From the human T2T-CHM13v2.0 reference genome, Homo sapiens: DNA of 64,000 bases. The stretch lies in assembly GCF_009914755.1 (NCBI RefSeq), contig NC_060936.1; one strand, 5' to 3'. The notes beneath the pieces were generated by a model that was given only the letters and a program-made list of their open reading frames with translations, did not search any database and was not told the origin of the DNA. Positions 13,196-23,934 of this stretch are shown one piece after another; position 1 is the stretch's first letter; every line of letters starts with the position of its first letter. Position numbers and translations under genes: made by a program.

Positions 13196-14903
13196 TAGAT
13201 AGAAAAGGGAGAAAGACTGACCAATAAATATATATATTTACAGATTTTTTCATGAAACTGACTTTCATTTGTAGACATGTCAGATTATACAAAAGATCTC
13301 TTTTTATACATTTTTTAAAGGGTGGAAGCTTCAGTTCAATAGCGTTCGTGAGAAAATCCTTTAAGCTGTGTCAAAATGCCAGTTATCCTAAATGCCACCC
13401 AGATTTGAATAATTTAAAGAGAGACAAAACACACACAGAAAGAGGGAATCATCTTTTGACGACCATTGCTTTTGACGAGTCGGCCTCCCCCGCTCCCTCC
13501 CTCTTTTCTGAAGTATCTTCCTCTCTCTATCAGTGGTGACAACTGCCAGTCAAGCCTTCTGTGGCTGAGGGAGGAGGAGGAATGGGCAGGGGAGAAGCCA
13601 AGGGCAGGAGAGAGGGGAAGAACATGAAACATTCTTGAACAATTGCTCAAGGAAGATTCCCTGTCAGTGTGTGGTCTGGGGAAAAGAAGTCTTTTCCTTC
13701 TTTCATTTCTAATCTCTAACTGACTATTTATCTCTTTTTATAAACTTGAATCTCTCTGTTGCTCCAAAGGTTCCCAAACAAATCGCCAGTCAGCCAGGAT
13801 TAACCTGCTTTGTTGCTGACGATTAGCAGGTTTGCTTGTAGTTTTAACATCTTCAGCAACAGCTGAATGTCAAACGATTCAGGAAATACTTGTCTTATTT
13901 TGTCCAAAGCCATATACATGTTTGAAATAAGCTGAGAGAAAGATACCACACAGAGAGGATTATAGAACATTTCAGAGAGATGGAGTTTGACATGAACAAC
14001 TGAGAACTCTATCAACACTTGTACTTCTGTTGTTTTTATGCCACCATTTTTTTTTAAGTGTTATATTTTGGTCAACTCCCTTTCCCAAAGAAAAATCTGT
14101 AAATGTCTATTTGAATGCCAAACTCTATGAGATGAGCACATTGTAATTTACAAATGCTCATAGCATTCATTTATTGAATATCTACTGGGTGCTGAGTACT
14201 GTGCCAGAATCAAGTCCAGTCTCAGTTTTCAAGAGCCTTCTATTGCATTCACTTATATGTCCATTTCAGCATTTAATCTTTTTTAAAAAGCAATTAAATT
14301 ACTTATGACTCTGTGTTACTTGCAAGACCCTGAAAGACAAAGACTATGTCTTCCTTCTCTACCATCCCTTACTGTGTTGTTTCTTATTAATCTTCTAAAT
14401 GTTAGTTACTCAAGAGCATCTCTTCCTTTTAAGCATCATGATACAGAGAAAGGCATTGGTTTGGAATCAGGGGCTCTGGCTCTAGCACTACCTCATTTTA
14501 TGGCCGTGGACAAACCCATCCTTCAGTAAGCCTTTGGCTTTCAGCATTTATAACGTGAGGAGAGTTCTTTTCCATTGTTCCTTGCAATGCCAAAGTCTGT
14601 GATTCCTTGACCTCAGGGCAAGGAAACTGAATAGCAAGGCTGAGGGACACCTGCCCAATTTTAACCACCTTGAAGACAGGATTTGTCTTCTTCATTGAAC
14701 TCCCTGTGTCAACAAACATAGTGTCCTGCAGTAAAGGTCTACACACTTGAAAGGAACTCAAACTAGGAGTTTGTGAAGCAGAAAAGGAAACAATTTGGTA
14801 GGCATCAACATGGTCCTGGGAGGTAAGCCATAGGAAGGGCAAGATGAGAGCAGGCCCAAGATGTCATATGCATATTTTTGAGTTAATCAGCAGCCACCAT
14901 GTT

Positions 14904-15357
14904 TTTCATGCGCGTCCCTGTGAAGAGACCACCAAACACGCTTTGTGTGAGCAACATGGCTGTTTATTTCACCTGGGTGCAGGCGGGCTGAGTACAAAAA
15001 GAGAGTCAGCGAAGGGAGATAAGGGTGGGGCCGTTTTATAGGATTTGGGTAGGTAAAGGAAAATTACAGTCAAAGGGGGTTTGTTCTCTGGCGGGCAGGA
15101 GTGGGGGGTTGCAAGGTGCTCAGTGGGGGTGCTTTTTGAGCCAGGATGACCCAGGAAAAGGACTTTCACAAGGTAATGTCATCACTTAAGGCAAGGACCG
15201 GCCATTTACACTTCTTTTGTAGTGGAATGTCATCAGTTAAGGTGGGGCAGGGCATATTCACTTCTTTTGTGATTCTTCAGTTACTTCAGGCCATCTGGGC
15301 ATACACGTGCAAGTCACAGGGGATGCGATAGCTTGGCTTGAGCTCAGAGGCCTGACA
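14904..15357 (-). mobile_element. HERV-H 3' LTR (LTR7)
   Basis: Minus strand TGTCAGGCCTCTGAG...GCGCATGAAA; AATAAA at 14963-14968; 454 bp. Confidence 0.95.
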
Positions 15358-15909
15358 ATGTTCATGGCGTGTGCAGATAGGAGTGGACAATCTCATCAGG
15401 GCCTTGCAGGTGAGACTATAGGAAGTGAGACTGGGGATGAAGGGAAGGCTTCTGTCCTGGTATATCTTGAAATACTTTCTATACAAATGTAAATTTACAT
15501 ATTTCCCTTGTACTGAGTATATTTTACTACATTTTTTCTATAAGAGCAATTTCTCCTATCTCTGTATGGATGGATCTACTCTGTCCCCACGCAGATGTCC
15601 CATATCAAGCCACTAATACAATAATGATCTCACCCTGTGTAGGGTATAAGAAGCATTCTAGATCAAGCCCAGGAGTTTGCCACTCTCACTTGGGAATCTT
15701 GCTCTGTTATTTCTCTCATCTTTTCCTCTACTTTCAGTCTCTTCCTCTTCACTGGCTTCTTCCATTCAGTCTACAAACATAATCTCATTCCATTCATTCA
15801 TTGATTTCTTTATTCATTCATTCACATTAATTGCACACCTATTATACATAGTGTATAAAAATAATTACTCTTCCTCAACAACATATGTTCTCCTCACTTC
15901 AAGCAGATA
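15358..15909. repeat. 552-bp direct copy of host flank 21346-21901, inside the provirus
   Basis: Manual alignment: 13 substitutions and 3 indels (1, 7 and 4 bp). Confidence 0.97.
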
Positions 15910-15926
15910 GACATTCCTGCCTTCTT
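15910..15926 (-). other. Polypurine tract plus first 4 nt of an LTR (TGTC)
   Basis: Minus strand AAGAAGGCAGGAA-TGTC, the normal HERV-H PPT/U3 junction, here followed by host DNA. Confidence 0.9.
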
Positions 15927-16249
15927 ATATTAATAAGAAAAATAAAACAAAATAGTGTTGAAGTGTTGGGGTGGCGAAAATTTTTGGGGGGTGGTATGGA
16001 GAGAGAATGGGCGATGTTTCTCAGGGCTGCTTCAAGTGGGATTAGGGGCGTCGTGGGAACCTAGAGTGGGAGAGATTAAGCTGAAGGGAGGTCTTGTGGT
16101 AAGGGGTGATATTGTGGGGATGTTAGAAGAAACATTTGTCGTATAGAATGATTGGTGATGGCCTGGATATGGTTTTGGATGAATTGAGAAACTAAATGGA
16201 ATAACAGAAGGAGAAAAACAGGTATAAAAGGTCCAAGAATTGGGACGAC

Positions 16250-18400
16250 TCAGGATATCTGATTAGAGAGTGCCTAAGGAGATTCAGCATAGTCCTGCCA
16301 GCAAAGATTATTTATTTACTTCAAGAGTTAAGAGTGGCAGTTTGGTGATAGCACCAGGAGATATCAGCTGTGGTGGCTTGGGAAAACAGTGTAAACCGGC
16401 AGTGTAAACAAAAGCAGGGCATTTATGAGTAGTTGAGAATGGTGAATAGGAGTATGACTAGACAGAAGATAGTAGGGATGACAAGTTTTTTGGGGCACAG
16501 TCTAAGTTGGTCTGGTGTCTGCAATGAGACTGGGGCCTAATAAAAAGGAGCATCTATACAGGAGCTTAAATGGGCTGTACCCTGTAGCATTCCGAGGACA
16601 GGCCTGAATTCTGAGAAGGGAAAGTGGTAAAAGTAGTGTCCAGTCCTTTTTGGTGGCTGAGCTTGGTGAGGTGTGTTTTTAAAAGACCTTTAGTCCATTC
16701 TATTTTTCTTGAAGACGGAGGACCGTAAGGGATATAAAGTTTTCACTGAATACTAAGAGCCTGAAAAACTGCTTGGCTGATTTGACTAATAAAGGCTCAT
16801 CTGTTATCAGACTGTATTGAGGTGGGAAGGCTAAACTGAGGAATTATGTCTGACAGAACGGAAGAAATGACTGCGGTGGCCTTCTCAGACCCTGTAGGAA
16901 AGGCCTCTACCTATCCAGTGAAAGTATCTACCTAGACTAAGAGGTATTTTAGTTATCTGACTCAGGTCACGTTGAGTAAAGCTAATTTGCCAGTCCTGGG
17001 TGGGGCAAATCCTCGAGCTTGATGTGTAGGGAAGGGAGGCGGCCTGAATAATCCCTGAGGAGTAGTAGAATAGCAGATGGAACACTGAGAAGTTATTTCC
17101 TTGAGGATAGATTTCCACGATGGAAAGGAAATGAGAGGTTCTAAGAGGCGGGCTAGTGGCTTGTACTATAGCATAACCTGCCTTTGCTGGTGTGTGGCGA
17201 TTAGGCCTGGTGGAACCGCCATCAATAAATTAAGCGTGATCAGGGTGAGGAACAGGAAAGAAGGAAATTTGGGGAAATGGGGTGAATGTCAGGTGGATCA
17301 GAGAGATACAGTCATGGGGGTCAGGTGTGGTATCAGGAATAATGTGGGAGGCCAGATTGAAGTCTGGGCCAGGAACAATGGTAATTGTGGGACTTAAAGA
17401 GTGAGTACAGCTGAAGGAGCCGGGGAGCAGAAAGTATATGCGTCAGGTGTGAGGAAGAAAATAGATTTTGGAAGTTATGAGAACTGTAGAGAGTGAGTTG
17501 AGCATAGTTTGTGATTTTGAGGGCCCCTAAAAGTATTAAAGCAGTGGCAGCCACTGCACACAGACATGAGGGCTAGGCTAAAACAGTAAGGTCAAGTTGT
17601 TTGCACAGAAAGGCTACAGGGTGCAGTCCTGGCTCTTGTGTAAGAATTCTGACCACACTATGCCTAGGAAGGAAATGAGTTGTTGTTTTGTAAGGGATTG
17701 AGGTTTGGGAGATTAATCGGACACGATCAGCAGGGAAAGCACGTACGTTTTTATGAGAATTATGCCGAGATAGGTAACAGATGAGGATGAAATTTGGGCT
17801 TGACTGAAGTAATGGGGGCTGTCTATGAAGCCTTGCGGCAGTACAGCCTAGGTAATTTGCTGAGCCTAATGGGTGTCAGGGTCAGTCTAAGTGAAAGCAA
17901 AGAGAGGCTGGGACAAGGGGTGCAGGGGAATAGTGAAAAAAGCATCTTTAAGATCAAGCATGGAATAGTGAGTTGTGGAGGAAGTTATTGAGGACAAAAG
18001 AGTGTACTGGGTTGGGCACCACAGGGTGGATAGGCAAAACAATTTGGTTGATAAGGCGAAGATCCTGAACTAACTTGTAAGGCTTGTCTGGTTTTAGGAC
18101 AGGTAAAAATGGGGGAATTGTAAGGAGAGTTTATAGGCTTTAAAAGGCCATGCTATAGCAGGTGAGTGATAACAGGCTTTAATCTTTTTAAAGCGTGTTG
18201 CGGGACGGGATATTGGCGTTGAGTAGGGTAAGGGTGATTAGGTTTTAATAAGATGGTAAGGGATGCATGATCGGTCACCAAGGAGGGAGTAGAGGTATCT
18301 TATATTTGTGGGTTAAGGTGGGGGGATACAAGAGGAGGACGCAAAGGAGGCTTTGGATTGGGAAGAAGGGCGGCAATGAGATATAGCTGTAGTCCAGGAA
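16250..18400 (-). pseudogene. pol: HERV-H pol remnant (partial RT and integrase; deleted, frameshifted)
   Basis: Minus-strand translations [11 protein letters not shown] (~18050-18080), [12 protein letters not shown] (~17925-17960) and WQISFT (~16975-16995); boundaries approximate. Confidence 0.85.
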
Positions 18401-18434
18401 TAGTCAGGGAAGCAGATAATTTAGTTAAAGTGTC

Positions 18435-18659
18435 TCAGCCTAATAAGGGAACTGGGCAGGTGGGGATAACTAAAAAGGAGTGCTTAAAAGAGTATTGTCT
18501 AAGTTGGCACCAGAGTTGGGGAGTTTTAAGAGGTTTAGAAGCCTGACCATCAATACCCACAACAGTTATGGAGGCAAGGGAAACAGGCCCTTGAAAAGAA
18601 GGTAATGTGGAGTGGGTAGCCTCCATATTGATTAAGAAGGGGATGGGCTTACCTTCCAC
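18435..18659 (-). pseudogene. pro: HERV-H protease remnant, catalytic motif lost
   Basis: FLINMEATHS in place of LIDTGA; ...CPVPLLG. Confidence 0.85.
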
Positions 18660-18839
18660 TGTGAGAGTTACCCGAAGCTCGGCGTCCGTGTTGGTCTAAG
18701 GGGCTTCCTAGGCGATCGGGCAGTGTCTGTCTTCAGCCGCTAAGCCGAGAAGATCTGGGAAGGAGTCAGTCAGAGAGCCTTGGGACAGAGTTCCAGGGGA
18801 TCTGGGAGTGGCTGCCAGGTGAGTTGAACAGTCCAATTT

Positions 18840-19900
18840 TCAGTGGGGTCCCACACAGATGGGACGTGGCTTAGGAGGAATCCCAGGCTGCGGGCATTCC
18901 TTGGCCCAGTGGCCAGATTTCCAGCACTTGTAGCAAGCTCCTGGGGGAGGAGGTTCTGGAGGAATGCCTGGCTGCTGCGGTTCAGGCGTTTGGAAGTTCT
19001 TGTGTGCTGGAGATGTGGCTGGGGTTTGTCTCACAGAGGAGGCAAGGAATTGCAACTTTTTTCTGTTATTGTACACCTTGAAGGTGAGGTTAATTAAGTC
19101 CTGTTGTGGGGTTTGAGGGCCAGATTCCAATTTTTGGAGTTTTATTTAATGTCGGGAGCAGATTGGGTAATAAAATGTATATTGAGAATAAGACAGCCTT
19201 TTGACCTTTTAGGGTCTAGGGCTGTAAAGCATCTCAGGTTGCTGCCAAACGAGCCATGAACTGGGCTGGATTTTTATATTTGATGAAAAAGAGCCTAAAT
19301 GCTTCTGATTTGGGATAAAGAAAAAGGAGCATTAACCTTGACTATGCCGTTAGCTCCAGCCACCTTTTTAAGAGTAAATTGCTGGGCAGGTTGGGGAGGG
19401 CTAGTCACGGAAAGAAACTGTAAGCCCGACCAGGTGTGAGGAGGGGAAGTGATAAAAAGATTATAGGGCGGAGGAGAAGAGGCTGAGGAAGAATTGGGAC
19501 CTAGCTCAGCCTGGTGAGGAACAGCCTGGGGAGGAAAGGAGAGGTCAGATGGGTCTGTAGAAAAGGAAGATTAGAAAGACTCAACGACGCTTGTGGTTGG
19601 TACTGAGGGGACAGGCGGGAGGGAAAGAAGGAAGGTTTGGGACGAGTTGCACTGGGCACAGAGACTAGGAAGGGACTGATGTGTAAAAGAATGCCTGGAC
19701 GTCAGGCACCTCAGACCATTTGCCTATTTTACAACAAGAATTATTTAGATTTTGCAGGATGGAAAAATTCAAAGTGCCATTTTCTGGCTATTTGGAACTA
19801 CTGTCGAGTTTGTATTGGGGTCAAGCGGCATTGCAGAAGAAAATAAGGCATTTAGGTTTTAAGTCAGGTGGTGAGTTGAAGAGGTTTTAAGTTTTTGAGA
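18840..19900 (-). pseudogene. gag: HERV-H gag remnant
   Basis: ORF 18840-19130 has the NC zinc knuckle [14 protein letters not shown]; upstream boundary approximate. Confidence 0.8.
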
Positions 19901-20040
19901 ACACAGGCCAAGGGAGTAGAAGGAGGAATGGAGGTTGGAAGGCTGCCCATAGTGAAGGAAGCAAGCCTAGAGAAGAGAGTAGAGAAATGGAGGGAAGGGG
20001 TTCAGGGGTTCTTACCTTCCAGAAAAGTGGGAACAGGGGT

Positions 20041-20293
20041 TGGGGCTCAGAGATAAGAGGTCGGGGCGTGGAAATAAGGGACTAGGGTGCAGAGATATAA
20101 GAGGTTGGGGCACGGAAATAAGGGATTGGGGTGCAGAGATAAGAGGTCGGGGTGAGGAAATAAGGGATTGGGGTGCAGAGATAAGAGGTCGGGGTGTGGA
20201 AATAAGGGATTGGGGCAGAGATAAGAGGTTGGGGTGCGGAAATAAGGGATTGGGGTACAGAGATAAGAGGCTGGGGTGTGGAAATAAGGGATT
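20041..20293. repeat. Six-copy ~42-bp minisatellite in the HERV-H leader
   Basis: Unit GGGGTGCAGAGATAAGAGGTCGGGGTGTGGAAATAAGGGATT. Confidence 0.9.
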
Positions 20294-20873
20294 GGGGGTT
20301 CTTGCCCCATAGAAAAGTGGGACTTGCCGCTAAGGGTGAAGGAGAAGCGGTTGAGGGGTACTTGCCCCTCTCCCAGAAAAGCAGAGAAGGGTTAGAGACA
20401 AGGAGAGAAGGGGTTGGGGTACTTGCCCCTTCCCCAGAAAAGCGGGACTTGCCGCTAAGGGTGAAGGACCAAGGCAGGCATCCCTGTGTGGTCTGACACC
20501 CTTGAAACGTGGGTGTATAATCAGAGAGGCGTCCCTGCAATGATTAAACACCAAGGGAAGCCTGCCTTCCCAGTCCATGACCGGCGCCGGAGTTTTGGGT
20601 CCACGGATAAAATGTGTCTCCTTTGTCTCTCCCAGAAAATGAAAGGAATTGAAATTAAGAGAAGGGAGAGATTGAAGAGTGGAAAGGAGAAAGTGGTTGA
20701 GGGACAGTGAGAGAGGTTGGAGAAGAGAGTAAGAAGAGGCCACTTGCCTGATTTAAAATTGGTGAGATGTTCCTTGGGCTGGTCGGTCTGAGGACTTGAG
20801 GTCATAGGTGGATCTTTCTAATGGAGCGAAGAACACGAGTACAGGGGATTGATCTCCCAAGGGAGGTCCCCTG

Positions 20874-20891
20874 ATCAGAGTCACGGCACCA
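20874..20891 (-). other. Primer binding site, tRNA-His
   Basis: TGGTGCCGTGACTCTGAT, one mismatch to TGGTGCCGTGACTCGGAT, 2 nt after the 5' LTR. Confidence 0.92.
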
Positions 20892-20893
20892 AA

Positions 20894-21345
20894 TTTCATG
20901 TGCGTCCGTGTGAAGAGACCACCAAACAGGCTTTGTGTGAGCAACATGGCTGTTTATTTCACCTGGGTGCAGGCGGGCTGAGTCCAAAAGAGAGTCAGCA
21001 AAGGGAGATAAGGGTGGGGCCATTTTATAGGATTTGGGTAGGTAAAGGAAAATTACAGTCAAAGGGGGTTTGTTCTCTGGCGGGCAGGAGTGGGGGTCGC
21101 AAGGTGCTCAGTGGGGGTGCTTTTTGAGCCAGGATGACCCAGGAAAAGGACTTTCACAAGGTAATGTCATCACTTAAGGCAAGGACCGGCCATTTACACT
21201 TCTTTTGTAGTGGAATGTCATCAGTTAAGGTGGGGCAGGGCATATTCACTTCTTTTGTGATTCTTCAGTTACTTCAGGCCATCTGGGCATATACGTGCAA
21301 GTCACAGGGGATGTGATGGCTTGGCTTGGGCTCAGAGGCCTGACA
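20894..21345 (-). promoter_or_regulatory. HERV-H 5' LTR (LTR7), promoter facing lower coordinates
   Basis: TATAAAA 21023-21029; AATAAA 20953-20958; two ACAAAAGA motifs (21201-21208, 21251-21258); adjacent to the PBS. Confidence 0.93.
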
Positions 21346-22809
21346 ATGTTCATGGCATGTGCAGATAGGAGTGGACAATCTCATCAGGGCCTTGCAGGTG
21401 AGACTATAGGAAGTGAGACTGGGGATGAAGGGAAGGCTTCTGTCCTGGTATATCTTGAAATACTTTCTATACAAATGTAAATTTACATATTTCCCTTGTA
21501 CTGAGTATATTTTACTACATTTTTTTCTATAAGAGCAATTTCTCCTGTCTCTGTATGGATGGATCTACTCTGTCCCCATGCAGATGTCCCACATCAAGCC
21601 ACTAATATAATAATGATCTCACCCTGTGTAGGGTATAAGAAGCATTCTAGATCAAGCCCAGGAGTTTGCCACTCTCACTTCTCACTTGGGAATCTTGCTC
21701 TGTTATTTCTCTCATCTTTTCCTCTACCTTCAGTCTCTTCCTCTTCACTGGTTTCTTCCAGTCTACAAACATAACCTCATTCCATTCATTCATTGATTTC
21801 TTTATTCAGTCATTCACATTAATTGCACACCTATTATACACAGTGTATAAAAATTATTACTCATCCTCAACAACATATGTTCTCATCACTTCAAGCAGAT
21901 ACCCTCTTCTTCTTTCTCACTGGGATCAAAGTGAATTAATGAGAATATCTTCAGTATCCCTTTCTTCATTGTAATTCTCCACATCTGCCTTCCTTCCTGC
22001 CTCTTCACTTTTGTCTTAAAGGAGGATATTTCCGGTCTTCATTTATCAGTTAGGATGGTTTCTGCATGCCTCTTAATAAGGAAATGTATTATTTCACATA
22101 GCAGGAAGTCCCGTGATAGTACAGGCTCCAGGCAGAGTATGACCAATGCTCTGGTTGCTTTGCTTTGAGATTCTCTCAGCGATTCAAAAACACAAAAGCA
22201 AGGCAGTGGTTGTGTTTGGGAAGGTGAGGGAAGAGAGAGAATGGAACAGTAAGCAGGGATCGTCAATTATATTTATAATTATTTATTTAAGCTGGTTTGT
22301 GTGTACTTGGGTATACATTAGTCTAGTCTTACCATTTTGTGTGAAAAGAAACATAAGATTTAAATATATTAATACAATGATTATTTGTAACCACATCCAA
22401 CTGAAGAGTGCTTCTGAAGTCCCTTGTGTTTCCTTCCACATTTTTATTTTCCATCCAGACTCCCAGAGGGAATGACTATATGGAAGTGTGTGAATCTTTG
22501 AATTTTATGTAAATTGAATAATTCTATATCTCATTTTTTACTTTTATTCTTCTATGACTTGACTTGTTTCTCTAACATAGTATTCTAGGATTCATATATG
22601 CTAATGCATATAGCTACAGTTCATTTGTTTTCAGCAATAAATAGTATTTTATTACACAAGTTAGCTACAACCGAATCCTGTGGGAAATGTCAAGAAGCCA
22701 CCACATCCGAGGAGTGAGAGTTTTGAGGCATACCCATGAAGTTTGCCAGAGTTCATGAAAAAGTTTGTAAACCTGACAATTTGATAAAGTTTGAGTTTAT
22801 TGAACATAT

Positions 22810-23370
22810 ATTACTGGTCTATGCTGCAAAACAAATTATTGGCTAAGTGATTTGTTTAAATGATCAAATATTAATTACATTGAATTTAAATTATTAAACA
22901 TATTGGCTGAAAACAACACACAATTATTATCTCACAATTTCTATGAACCAGAAGTATGGGCACAGCTTAGCTGGGTTCTCTGCTTGGTTTTCACATGGCC
23001 ACAAACAGCATGTTAGCAAGGGCTGAGTTCTTATCTGGTGGCTTGGCAGAGAAAACTACTTGCTTCTAAGCTCCCTTGGGTTGTTGGAAGAATTTTTTTT
23101 TTTAATGGCTGAAGGAGTCATAAAATGTTCCTTCTTCAAAGCCAGCAACTGACAGAAAGAACTACTCTAGAGCAAGCTGGCTTGGTACCAAGGAGGAGTC
23201 TTATTTAATGAAATATAGTCATGGATGTGATAGCCCTTCATCTTTGCCATAGTCTATCACTTAGAAGAAAGTATCAGGATCCACTCACACTCAAGAGGAG
23301 AGGATTATATAGGGAAATGAATACCAGGAAACAAGAATCATAAGGACTATTTTAACATGTGTCCATCACA
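22810..23370 (-). mobile_element. MLT1-type LTR
   Basis: aaacaacacacaattattatctcacaatttc...gggcacagcttagctggg. Confidence 0.65.
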
Positions 23371-23934
23371 GAGTCATCTTCAAAGATGCCACATTTGACA
23401 AGGCCTCTTGTCTGACCCCCACTACCACTGGAGAACAATGGCCTCTCCTTCACTTATTCATTCCCGAAATTATTGAAGTTTTCCTTCTCTGTCTTCATTA
23501 ATCCTACCAGCTACATAAATGTTAGTCTTCTAAAATAATTAACTTTTACTTTGTTGATTCTCTCAGTTATATGTTGATTTGCTGTTTCATTTATTTTTTG
23601 CTTTTATATTAAACATAATTTTTAAAAATTTCTTTGGACTTATGCTGTTCTGCTTATAACTTGAGTTGGATTTTTAGTTCATAATTTTTGACCTTTCTTT
23701 TTCTAGATTTAAGCATTCAAGGCTCTGCTCTAGCTATATCCCAAAAGTTTTTATACATACTGTCTTTTATTATTTATATAATATTTACAGTATAATTTCC
23801 AGTATATTTTCTTCTATACCTATGACATATTTAGAAGCACATTTTAAATTTACAAGTGTATGAGGTTTTCTAAATTATCCTTTAAAAATTGATTCTTAAT
23901 TTTGTTGTGGTCTGACATATAATGTTTTCGATGG

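Larger units (their letters stand above)
14904..21345 (-). mobile_element. HERV-H provirus, deleted type, with internal duplication of host flank
   Basis: Two LTRs, His PBS, gag/pro/pol remnants, PPT; TSD ATGTT at 14899-14903 and 21346-21350. Confidence 0.97.

Noticed and set aside
15358-15909. Flank duplication as an assembly artefact (merged haplotypes)
   Set aside because: The copies differ by ~2.4% plus three indels, far above human allelic divergence, and the junction sits precisely at PPT+TGTC
16250-19900. Coding-competent HERV-H
   Set aside because: Protease DTG motif lost, pol deleted and frameshifted, no env ORF
20040-20743. CRISPR-like array or novel repeat proteins in overlapping ORFs
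   Set aside because: No unique spacers and no cas genes; eukaryotic HERV-H leader minisatellite read in stop-free frames
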